A DNA stretch of 64,000 bases from positions 67,701-131,700 of the forward strand of contig DATJSM010000012.1 in assembly GCA_035504135.1 (NCBI GenBank), read 5' to 3'. Shown here one piece after another: positions 30,027 through 40,644 of this stretch. Both the position numbers and the translations under genes were made by a program. The DNA comes from Candidatus Aquilonibacter sp. (lineage in GTDB: Bacteria > Acidobacteriota > Terriglobia > Terriglobales > Acidobacteriaceae). The notes below the pieces were generated by a model. The model was given only the letters and a program-made list of their open reading frames with translations, was not told the DNA's origin and did no database searches. How positions within the stretch are numbered: the first letter of the stretch is position 1; the number at the start of each line of letters is the position of its first letter.

Positions 30027-30587
30027 TTAGCGGAGCCGGTAGGCTACGCCAAAGGTGAACAGCGGCGGGGTCAGGCCGTGGGGCGGGAAGTTGGGCCAGC
30101 GCTGGTATTCGAAGTCGATGCAGCGGATGTTGATCTTGTTGCTGAGGCCATAGTCGAGTCCGCCGCCGAGGCCGTAGAGGAAATAGGAGCCGGGCGTGCT
30201 CCCGCCTACGATCTGCTGCGTGCTTGCGGCCGAGGAATGCCCGAAGCCGACCAGACCCTTGGCGTAGGGAGAGAAGTGGCGAATGTGGTCCACCCAACGG
30301 ATACCGACGTCGTAGCTGGTCTCCTTGTAGTCGTAGTAGGACTTAAAGATGGAATCCATGTGGAGATCGCCTTCGACACCGATGTGATTATTCAGGTCGA
30401 AGGTGCCGTAGATGGTCGCTCCCTGAAGGTGCTTGCCAGGGTATTGGTCCTCATTCGAATACGTGTAACCTGCGCCGACCTGCGTGACTCCGCCACGGGT
30501 GGCCGCTGCTGTTGCCTGAGCGTGCAGCGCGGAGGGCAGCATGGTGACGAGGGAAAGAGTAAGGAACAGCAGGCCGGTCTTCTTCAT
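30027..30587 (-). CDS. Small outer-membrane beta-barrel protein, paralog of 29297-29908
   Basis: AQATAAATR..QVG.G, SPYAKGLVG, GGGLDY, DFEYQ, GLTP.LFTFGVAY shared with its neighbour. Confidence 0.8.
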   Translation of the reverse strand: MKKTGLLFLTLSLVTMLPSALHAQATAAATRGGVTQVGAGYTYSNEDQYPGKHLQGATIYGTFDLNNHIGVEGDLHMDSIFKSYYDYKETSYDVGIRWVDHIRHFSPYAKGLVGFGHSSAASTQQIVGGSTPGSYFLYGLGGGLDYGLSNKINIRCIDFEYQRWPNFPPHGLTPPLFTFGVAYRLR

Positions 30588-30687
30588 CGCAGGAGACTCT
30601 CCTTTTGCGCGGGCGTCCCTGAGTTAAGGATGCAACTCAGGGACGCTGCGGGGGTCTGGTTGTTCGGGGGCCCGGTTTGGTTCTTGC

Positions 30688-32544
30688 CTAAGGCTGTGGT
30701 TGAGTGGCAGGAGCCGTTGCGGGAGCCGCGCTTGCATTGTCGGTTGTCGTGGGCGCCGGTGAAGCGTTGCTGGCCGACGGGCTGTTCGTTGCCGGAGCCG
30801 CGGACGCCGGTGCAGGTGCTGCCGGCGGTGCCGCCGGAGGCGTCCAGTAGGCCAGCCGCAGATAGACCGGCGTGATCTCGAACGGCAGCTTGTCGCGGGC
30901 GCTGAGCAGCGGTTCATAGGCTGTGTTCATCTTGATCACCTGGTCGGTCCAGGGATCGAAGCGGAGGAACTGCGAGAGAGGCATGGCGGCCTGCTGCTTC
31001 AGGTCGCTGTTGTTCAGCTTGGGGCCCTTGGAGATCAGGGCCTGCATCCAGAACGTGCCGTCGGGACGCAGGAGACCGTCACCGATCTGAGGATCGGTCA
31101 GCGCCTTCAGGCCCTTCTCGCGAGCCTGAAGCTGCTGCAGGTAGAGGCTGAAGTACTGCTCGCCGCCTTCGAGCTCCTTGGCGCTGAGCAGCTCGATGGC
31201 CTTCTTCGCGGCCGCCTCGTTGTCAGCATCGGTGTGGTGCATCGGCAGCTTCTCGAACGCAGATTCCGTGGGGAACATCAGGCGGTCGCTGAAGGCGTAC
31301 TTGGTGTCGATGTGGTGACCGAGGACGATGTGCGCCACCTGGAAGGCGAGCAAGGCATTGAGATTGCCCATCTGCTGCGCGCCGTCGGCGGTGGGAACGG
31401 CCGTCGTGTCGATCAGGCCCTTGGAGAGCAGGATCGTGTCACCGACCGACAGGGACTCGAGCGGCTCCGTGAGGAGCGTCCGCACCTTGATCGGCCGGTC
31501 CAAAGGAATGTTGTTGTAGGCGAGGATGTTATTGGCCAGCGCTTCGAGGATCTTGTCGAAGTCGCTGGGCGCGTCGATAAGGCCGGCGGTGTAGAGCCGG
31601 TCGATGACGTTGTCTTCAGCCTGCTCGACCCACTCGCGCTGCGCCTGCAGCGGCGATACATCCGAGGCCTGCTGGCTCTCGTCCTGTGCGCCTACGACCT
31701 GGAGATCGGTCTCATCGGCGTCCGACTGCGGCACCTTCAGAGAGTAGCCCCAGATATGGTTGACGGCCTTGAACTTCAAAGTTCCCTGCGGGCTCTTGGG
31801 GTCGCTCTCTTCGATATAGACCGAGGTGGGAAGCCACAGGCCCTCCTGCACGTTGGTGCGCCAGGAATCGAAGTGGTAGTACTCCTTGTAATCCTTCTGG
31901 CCACCCGAGAAGCTGCCGTTGAAGCGGACGATGTTGCCGCTGTTGCGGTCGATCCAGATGCGTCCGGCGAAGCGGCCCACAGCGTCCTTCTTGGTCGGCT
32001 GCACGTCGAAGACGACCGTCGGAATGGTTCCGAGGAAGTCATTGCGCAGGAAGCTGAAGGTGTAGGTCTGGCGGTTGTAGCTGTTGGAGTCGACCAGCAG
32101 CATTTGGACAAAGCCGGCGCGGTTGTAGGTCAGGTGCAGGCTGCCCGACAGACCGGTGAGGTAGCTGAGAGAGTGCTTCAGGAAGCCCTTGGTGTCCTGC
32201 TTGTCCTGGATGTAGCCGTTATCGCCGATGATCTTTCCGAAGTTGATCCGGCCCAGGAAGTGAACGTCGGATTCCGGCACCTGGCCCATGACCGGGTCGG
32301 GACGCATGTTCTGGATGTAGGTCTCGACGATCGGCGCACGTGCGCGCAAGGCCTTGATCACGGCCGCCTCGCGGACGACGGACTTGTCGATCAGCGCGTT
32401 TTGCGCAGGCGTGAGCTTGCGCACATCGCCGGTATCGACCCTTCTCTTGTCCTTCTTCGAGAAGATGGACGCCGAGACTGGCAGGGTGACAGCCGCCACG
32501 AGGACTGCGGTGAGGGCTTTGGTGAGCCTGGACTGGAGGTTCAT
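30688..32544 (-). CDS. Secreted protein: LolA/MucB-like N-domain plus degenerate M48 peptidase-like domain
   Basis: Signal peptide; F.G+IWID..SGNIVR; ILLSKGLID...LNALLAFQVAHIVLGH (HExxH position reads FQVAH). Confidence 0.7.
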   Translation of the reverse strand: MNLQSRLTKALTAVLVAAVTLPVSASIFSKKDKRRVDTGDVRKLTPAQNALIDKSVVREAAVIKALRARAPIVETYIQNMRPDPVMGQVPESDVHFLGRINFGKIIGDNGYIQDKQDTKGFLKHSLSYLTGLSGSLHLTYNRAGFVQMLLVDSNSYNRQTYTFSFLRNDFLGTIPTVVFDVQPTKKDAVGRFAGRIWIDRNSGNIVRFNGSFSGGQKDYKEYYHFDSWRTNVQEGLWLPTSVYIEESDPKSPQGTLKFKAVNHIWGYSLKVPQSDADETDLQVVGAQDESQQASDVSPLQAQREWVEQAEDNVIDRLYTAGLIDAPSDFDKILEALANNILAYNNIPLDRPIKVRTLLTEPLESLSVGDTILLSKGLIDTTAVPTADGAQQMGNLNALLAFQVAHIVLGHHIDTKYAFSDRLMFPTESAFEKLPMHHTDADNEAAAKKAIELLSAKELEGGEQYFSLYLQQLQAREKGLKALTDPQIGDGLLRPDGTFWMQALISKGPKLNNSDLKQQAAMPLSQFLRFDPWTDQVIKMNTAYEPLLSARDKLPFEITPVYLRLAYWTPPAAPPAAPAPASAAPATNSPSASNASPAPTTTDNASAAPATAPATQPQP

Positions 32545-32672
32545 AGCGCGGGGGTGCTCCTTGGGGTGCGGTGCCCGAAGGCGGACATCTACGTTGGGCA
32601 CGACGCGGGGACGTCGGCGATTCTCGATACCTAAAAACACAATAAAGCGTTTCCTCAGAAGTGCAGCAGAAT

Positions 32673-33755
32673 TTAGCTCATCTGGAAGTTCACTAGTACG
32701 ACACCCTCCCAGTCGATGGCATGACCTGAGTTATCCAGGGCGGGCTTGAAGCGAGTTGCCTCTGTCGCCTGAATCGCCGACTGATCGAGGCCGTGGCCAA
32801 GACCATGCACGACGCCCAACACCTGGACTGCTCCGCTCGCCGTAACTCGGATGCGCAGCGAGACGTTGCCTTCCAGATGCATCGCTTTTGCCTCCTCCGT
32901 GTATACCGGAGTCGGCTTATAGGTAACCTTGGGCGCCGAGGCGAGCGTAGACTGCGCAACCTGCGGATGAACTTCCTGCGGGTGCATCTGGGTCTGCATC
33001 TGTACCTGGACCGGGGCGTTGGCGTAGTTGCGGGAGTTCTTCGGGCCGGTGCAGCCGGAGCATCCGAAAGCCGAACCGCTGATCGCGTGGGCGCCGTTAT
33101 CGCGGCCACCCATGCGGCCTTCCGGCGAACCGGAGCCCATGTTGACGGCGACGGCGCGCGGACCGTTGCCGGCGCCATGCATATTGGCGGCTCCGGCAGA
33201 GCCCATGTTCACCGGCGAGACAGCCGGTCCGGTCAGCGACTTCATCGGATTGGTCGCCTCGCCGAGATGAACCGCTTCGGGATGAGCGTCATGGTTCGGC
33301 ACCGAGGCGGCCATGGCCTGGCCAAGGTTCACCTTGACCGGCGCCGGCGGAGGAACAACGCGCTTGGGCGGTGCGGGCGCCATCACCACAGGCTTCGGCG
33401 TGGGCACCTCGACCGGCTTGATGTCAGGAAGCTTCACCGGTTCCGGCATCTTGATCTTGGGAGCCTGGATCTTGGGCGGCGGCGGCATCTTCACCGGCGG
33501 CGGCGGTGGCGGCTTGGGCACCGGGGCGGCCTTGGGCGGCTCCGGCGGAAGCGTCAGCTCGGCGAGCTTTTTGGCCACGAGCGGGTTGGTTTTGACTACC
33601 ATGCCGAGAATCAGAATCATGGCCGCGATGATGCAGTTGATGACAATGGCGGTCACGGTCGCGCCCTTGCTTCGGGTGCCGTCGTTCAGCACGCCAAAGT
33701 GGGCGAATTGCACCGGCTGCGGATTCGGGTCGTCGCTGCGAAGTGGCTTAGGCAT
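32673..33755 (-). CDS. Energy transducer TonB family protein
   Basis: N-terminal TM, long Pro/Lys-rich linker, C-terminal PVYTEEAK..HLEGNV.L...GLDQSA...RFKPA. Confidence 0.9.
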   Translation of the reverse strand: MPKPLRSDDPNPQPVQFAHFGVLNDGTRSKGATVTAIVINCIIAAMILILGMVVKTNPLVAKKLAELTLPPEPPKAAPVPKPPPPPPVKMPPPPKIQAPKIKMPEPVKLPDIKPVEVPTPKPVVMAPAPPKRVVPPPAPVKVNLGQAMAASVPNHDAHPEAVHLGEATNPMKSLTGPAVSPVNMGSAGAANMHGAGNGPRAVAVNMGSGSPEGRMGGRDNGAHAISGSAFGCSGCTGPKNSRNYANAPVQVQMQTQMHPQEVHPQVAQSTLASAPKVTYKPTPVYTEEAKAMHLEGNVSLRIRVTASGAVQVLGVVHGLGHGLDQSAIQATEATRFKPALDNSGHAIDWEGVVLVNFQMS

Positions 33756-34043
33756 CTCTCTGGTCGATCCTTATCGCTGTCGTTCAGGTAAAGCCGATGC
33801 TTTGCGGCGGGTAATCTGGCGGTAGTTACTCAAACGATACCAGAGCCTCGCAATTTCCCGGCGGATTTCGGTAGAAAAGTGCACCTGGGTCCGTAACCCA
33901 AACTGCACTGACTTAGACTCTAAAAACCCTGTTTCGGGCTGTACCGGCCGTCCACGGGATTGGACCGGCGATGCCCTCAGGATCGCGGAGCGGGCGGAGT
34001 GGAGCGCGGCACCGGGTCTTCGCGCGATCACCGGGAGGCGTTC

Positions 34044-34643
34044 ATGACTCACCACCTGATACAAGTCATCTCGAATGATATGTTTCACCTGCCGCTGCCG
34101 ATTGCGGAAAAAATCCTGCGGCCGGTGATCGTATATCTGTGCCTGATTGTCTTTTTGCGCCTGTTCGGCAAGCGGGAGCTGGCGCAACTGAACCCGTTCG
34201 ATCTTGTGGTGCTGCTGAGCCTGTCGAACACCGTCCAGAACGCGATGATCGGCGACGACAACTCGGTAACAGGTGGGGTTATCGGCGCGCTTTCTCTGCT
34301 CGCGGTGAATTGGCTGCTGAGCTGGCTGCTCTTCCGGGCGCCGAGGGTGAACCAGGCGCTGGAGGGATCGGCCGAGACGCTGATCAAGGACGGGCGCGTC
34401 GACGAGGCGGCAATGCGACGCGAGTCTCTTACCCACGAGGAGTTGATCTCGGTGCTGAATAAGAACGGGTTCAACGACCCGGCGGAGGTGGAAATCTGCA
34501 AGCTCGAACCGAGCGGCACGTTCTACGTCAAGGGCAAACAGCCGTCCGCCGACCATGTGGAACGGGCGGAGCTGATGTCCGCGCTCATAGGTCTGCGCGC
34601 CGAGGTCATTGCCTTGCGTGAGCAGCTCGGCGCCGGCGGGTAG
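34044..34643 (+). CDS. DUF421 (YetF domain) membrane protein
   Basis: LRLFGKRELAQLNPFDLVVLL, LEG..ETLIKDG, LEPSG; GGAGG RBS. Confidence 0.9.
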   Translation: MTHHLIQVISNDMFHLPLPIAEKILRPVIVYLCLIVFLRLFGKRELAQLNPFDLVVLLSLSNTVQNAMIGDDNSVTGGVIGALSLLAVNWLLSWLLFRAPRVNQALEGSAETLIKDGRVDEAAMRRESLTHEELISVLNKNGFNDPAEVEICKLEPSGTFYVKGKQPSADHVERAELMSALIGLRAEVIALREQLGAGG

Positions 34644-34668
34644 AACCCTCCCGCAGGAAGCCAAGGTG

Positions 34669-34878
34669 TCGCGAGTTGTAGGACGGCACGTCACTCCAGG
34701 GTTTCATCCTTGGGTGCGATCGCTTTATGTAGCGCGGCGAACTCACCGTGTCTTAGCAGTCTTGGACGACTCCTGTCCGGAGGGTGTGTACAACACACGG
34801 AAAACCCCGGACAGCATCGTGGCTGAGGTGAGTTTCGATTCTGCAAGGTCGTGTGACCATAGCACTTCGGCGTCGCGA
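34669..34878 (+). ncRNA. Candidate unclassified structured RNA (long bulged rod)
   Basis: Nested complementary blocks found by eye; G-U wobbles favour the + strand; no credible ORF. Confidence 0.35.
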
Positions 34879-35133
34879 GATAGTAACGGTACAGGCGTGT
34901 TCTGCCACGTTCGGGGTATTTGGAATGGCAAAGCGGCCCGAGACGGCATGTTTTCAACATGGTTGAGACCCGTTGAAGTGGCTTGAGCGAGCGCAAATCC
35001 GCGCGGCCCGCGCCTCCTTATAGTGGGGGCCGGTTGCAAGGGCGTAAACCGATAGCGTAGTTTCGGTTTCTGCGGCGATTTGGTTAACAGGTCCGCCGCC
35101 AATCGAGACGACAACGGAGATTGTTTCCCGACG

Positions 35134-37140
<2,007 letters not shown>

Positions 37141-37196
37141 GGCGGCGGGTCGGCCATAGGCGAAACCGCTGGGATGGGGAACTCGTCTAGAGCGAT

Positions 37197-38429
37197 ATGA
37201 ATCGCAGTTTGTGGAGTGCGGGATTGGCGGCGCTGCTGTGCGCGGCGGGGTCTCTGGGAGTTTGCGCGCAGGATGCGAAGCCGGCCGCGAACGCGAAGCC
37301 GGCCGCTGATTCTTCCGTCAAAGGCGATGCCGGCACGATGTCGGTGAAGGCGAACCTGGTTTTGCTGCCAACAATTGTGCGCGACAAGAAGGGCGCGCTG
37401 GTCAACGATCTCAAGAAGGAAGACTTCTCGCTGCAAGTCGATGGGCAGCCGCAGGCCATCCGCTACTTCGATCACGATACGGACGTGCCGCTGACGCTGG
37501 GTCTGCTGGTGGACGTGAGTGGAAGCGTTCGCGACCAGCTGGACAGCGAACGGGCGGCGAGCCAGAGCTTTCTGGACACGATGCTGACGCCGGCGACGGG
37601 AAATCGTGCGGCGGACCAGGCGTTTGTTGTGCAGTTCGCCAAGGACATCGAGCTGCTGCAGGATGTGACGGAAGCGAAGCCGCGGTTGGAGCGGGCGTTG
37701 AAGGAGCTGGGCACGGAGAGCCCGAGCTTTCGCAATGCAGACGACACGAACAACGGAGCGCAGACGGACAGTCAAGGGCGTTACATCCATCACGGCGGAA
37801 CGGCGCTGTATGACGCGATCTATTTGTCTGGCGATGAGGTGATGGCGAAGCAGAAGGGCAAGCGGCGCGCCCTGATTGTGTTGACAGACGGCATCGACCG
37901 CGGGAGCAAGGAGTCGCTGTCGGATGCGATTGAGGCGGCGCAGCGGGCGGACACGATCGTTTACGGAATTTATTACAAGGGCGAGGAGCACCGGCAGGAC
38001 AACTTCAATCGGGGCGGTCGGCACGGGGGGTATGGCGGCGGATGGCCCGGTGGTGGCGGGGGGTATCCAGGCGGAGGCTACCCGGGCGGCGGCTATCCGG
38101 GCGGGTATCCGCAGGGCGGCGGCACGGGCGGCAGCCAGCAACCGCGGGGCGGCGGGGATCACACGCCGTATGTCGACGGCAAACGGACGCTGGAACGGAT
38201 CTGCGGGGAGACCGGAGGGCGGGTCTTTGAGGTGAGCAAGAAGGAGCCGATCGACGATATCTATAAGCAGATTGGCGAGGAGCTGCGGTCGGAGTACCGG
38301 CTGGGCTTCACACCGACCGGCGATGCGGCGAAGGACCGGTATCACCAGATTTCGCTCGGGCTAACGGGGGATGACGCGAAGAAGCGGATGGATGTACAGG
38401 TTCGCGACGGGTACTACATGGGGCAGTAA
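37197..38429 (+). CDS. VWA domain protein (Acidobacterial VWFA-related)
   Basis: Signal peptide, DVSGS MIDAS, GGTALYDAI, LTDGID, ETGGR; GGYP repeat insertion. Confidence 0.9.
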   Translation: MNRSLWSAGLAALLCAAGSLGVCAQDAKPAANAKPAADSSVKGDAGTMSVKANLVLLPTIVRDKKGALVNDLKKEDFSLQVDGQPQAIRYFDHDTDVPLTLGLLVDVSGSVRDQLDSERAASQSFLDTMLTPATGNRAADQAFVVQFAKDIELLQDVTEAKPRLERALKELGTESPSFRNADDTNNGAQTDSQGRYIHHGGTALYDAIYLSGDEVMAKQKGKRRALIVLTDGIDRGSKESLSDAIEAAQRADTIVYGIYYKGEEHRQDNFNRGGRHGGYGGGWPGGGGGYPGGGYPGGGYPGGYPQGGGTGGSQQPRGGGDHTPYVDGKRTLERICGETGGRVFEVSKKEPIDDIYKQIGEELRSEYRLGFTPTGDAAKDRYHQISLGLTGDDAKKRMDVQVRDGYYMGQ

Positions 38430-38446
38430 ATCCGGTCATGCTGCAA

Positions 38447-38680
38447 GTACCCCCCCCCTGTATTTGCGCAAAGTCTTCAGACGAGAGACTTTAGGGCTGG
38501 ACTTTAGCGGTGCAGGTCCGAGTTTGGCGTGAGCCAGAACGGGTCTCCGAAGGGCTATTTTGTCAAATTCGGTATCCTGCGAGGCCGCGTCTCAGAGGCC
38601 GGACCTTGGGGCACGCGGCTGTGGCTGGGCTGCGGCGGTGACGGGAGCCACAGTCTTAAAAGCGAAGTGTGGGGGCACCC
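38447..38680. repeat. Cluster of degenerate REP-like elements
   Basis: Poly-C...AAAGTCT/AGACTTT hairpin (38470-38492); two units ending TGGGGCAC(G/C)C (38584-38616, 38647-38680). Confidence 0.5.
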
Positions 38681-38698
38681 GGCGCGGGCGTCTGTAGA

Positions 38699-38986
38699 TC
38701 AGCCAAAGTACGTGGATGCGCCGGAGAAGGGTGCGGGCAGGAAGAGCTGGGAGGTGGGTTGTCTGCGGAAGAAGTGTCCGAGGTCGCTGCCGCGGAGGTG
38801 AAGAACGATAAGAGCCACGATGAAGATCAGGAGCATGACGGCGCAGGCTATGAGCACCACAGTAAGGAAGCTGGGTTTGTGGGGTGGGTGCTGCTCGAAG
38901 TGGCCGAATTGCTGTTCGAGGAATTCGGGAAGCTCCTCCTTCACGCGGGTGGAAAGAGGTTCCGAGTGGTGCTGCTGGTCGCTCAT
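38699..38986 (-). CDS. Small single-TM hypothetical protein
   Basis: 95 aa with one strong hydrophobic helix; fills the gap between genes. Confidence 0.6.
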   Translation of the reverse strand: MSDQQHHSEPLSTRVKEELPEFLEQQFGHFEQHPPHKPSFLTVVLIACAVMLLIFIVALIVLHLRGSDLGHFFRRQPTSQLFLPAPFSGASTYFG

Positions 38987-39090
38987 ACAGGTTTAGATGC
39001 GAGGGACGGAGACGAAGTAAGGTGGAATCGGGAGCGGCTTTCGCGCATCATGGAAGGGACGTGGGAGTGGATGTGAAGGGAGCCAACAGG

Positions 39091-39603
39091 ATGCATAGAA
39101 GATTCGCAGGAAATGGGATGCGGGCGATGGCTGCAGGCGTGGTGCTGGCGGCTGGGACGTGGATGACAGCGGTGCCGGTGGCGGCGGCGCAGGCGGGGCC
39201 GATTCCGCATGCGCACATTTTCCCGGACGTGGGAGCGGCGCGGGGCGACATCCAGGCGGCGCTCGAGAAGGCGCGCGCGGAGCACAAGCGCGTTCTGCTG
39301 GACTTCGGCGGCGACTGGTGCGGGGACTGCCAGGTGCTGAACTACTACATGCACCAGAGCCCGAACAAAGAACTGCTGGAGAAGTACTATGTGGTCGTTG
39401 ACGTGAACATCGGGCACATCGACCAGAACATTGACATCGGTGACAAGTACGGTGTGGTGCTGAAGAAGGGTGTGCCGGCGTTGAGCGTGCTGCGTCCGAA
39501 CGGAACGGTTGTGTATGCGCAGAAGAACGGGGAGTTCGAGAACATGCGGAACATGCAGAGCTCGGATTTGACCACGTTTCTCGAGGCGTGGAAGCCGCGC
39601 TAA
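39091..39603 (+). CDS. Exported thioredoxin-fold protein
   Basis: LLDFGGDWCGDC, GVPAL cis-Pro loop, signal peptide; start 39091 or 39118. Confidence 0.85.
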   Translation: MHRRFAGNGMRAMAAGVVLAAGTWMTAVPVAAAQAGPIPHAHIFPDVGAARGDIQAALEKARAEHKRVLLDFGGDWCGDCQVLNYYMHQSPNKELLEKYYVVVDVNIGHIDQNIDIGDKYGVVLKKGVPALSVLRPNGTVVYAQKNGEFENMRNMQSSDLTTFLEAWKPR

Positions 39604-40626
39604 ATGACAGGGCACGCCGCGATGGATCGCGTGGTGGTCTCGCCGGCGCGGCGAGCGGCGCGGCTGGGCCGGTTGCTGCGGCGGACGCTTCTTTCGGCAG
39701 TGAATCATGACGCGTTCACGGTGGCGCAGGCCGCGGCGTATTCAGCGATGGTGGCGCTGTTTCCGGCGATGGTGGTGATTGCGGCGCTGGTGGCGCTGCT
39801 GCCGCCGTGGCTTCCGTTGAAGGTGCAGATGGCGGACTTCTTTATGCGGGTGCTGCCGGCGGATGTGAGTCCGCTGCTGGACTGGTACTTTGCGACGACG
39901 CACCACGCGTCGCAGACGGCGGGCGCGCTGTTGAGCTCAGGTGTGGTGAGTTTGCTGGGCGCGGGCAATGTGATGGCGACGCTGATGGAGGGGTTTCGGC
40001 GTGCGCACGATCTGCCGCTGCCGCGGGGAAGTTTCTGGTCGAGGCGCGGACGGGCGCTGGCGCTAGTGCCCCTGTCGCTGCTGCCGATGACGGCGACGAG
40101 CGCGCTGGTGGTATTTGGGCATATGCTGACGCACTCGGTGGCGGCGGCGATCCCGTCGTTCGCGAGGCCCGGTTTCTTCGCGGTGCTGGTGTTGGTGCGA
40201 TGGACGCTGGCGCTGGGCACCAGCGTGGGAATTATTGCGGTGATCTATCACCTGGGGACGGACCTGAGCCGGCATGTGCGCGAGCAGCTGGAGCCGATGG
40301 TGCGGGAGCCGTGGGTGATTCTGCGGCCGGAGTGGACGTGGAGAGCAAGTTTGCCGGGAGCGGCGCTGGCGACAGCGCTGTGGTTTGCGTCGACGCTGTC
40401 GTTCGGGTTTTATGTGACGCGGTTTGCGAACTATGGGCGCGTGTATGGATCGCTGGGCGCGGCGATCGCGCTGATGGTGTGGCTGTACATAATTGCGCTG
40501 ACGATTTTGATCGGCGCGGAGTTCAACGCGGTGTGGGCGGCGGAGCGACGCGATCCCGAGTCGGCTGCGGCGTTGTGGAAGTCGGCGCGCGCGCGCAGGC
40601 GGCATCCGGGTAGAATGGCTGACTGA
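39604..40626 (+). CDS. YihY/virulence factor BrkB family membrane protein
   Basis: AAAYSAMVALFP, PGAALATALW, YGRVYGSLGAAIALMVWLY..LIGAEFNA. Confidence 0.92.
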   Translation: MTGHAAMDRVVVSPARRAARLGRLLRRTLLSAVNHDAFTVAQAAAYSAMVALFPAMVVIAALVALLPPWLPLKVQMADFFMRVLPADVSPLLDWYFATTHHASQTAGALLSSGVVSLLGAGNVMATLMEGFRRAHDLPLPRGSFWSRRGRALALVPLSLLPMTATSALVVFGHMLTHSVAAAIPSFARPGFFAVLVLVRWTLALGTSVGIIAVIYHLGTDLSRHVREQLEPMVREPWVILRPEWTWRASLPGAALATALWFASTLSFGFYVTRFANYGRVYGSLGAAIALMVWLYIIALTILIGAEFNAVWAAERRDPESAAALWKSARARRRHPGRMAD

Positions 40627-40644
40627 CCGGTTGGAGAGTTGCTT

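Noticed and set aside
34609-34996. ORFs 34609-34986 (+) and 34691-34996 (-); tmRNA or RNase P RNA
   Set aside because: ORFs lack protein-like composition and host codon bias; no tRNA-like ends and no GAGGAAAGUCC motif
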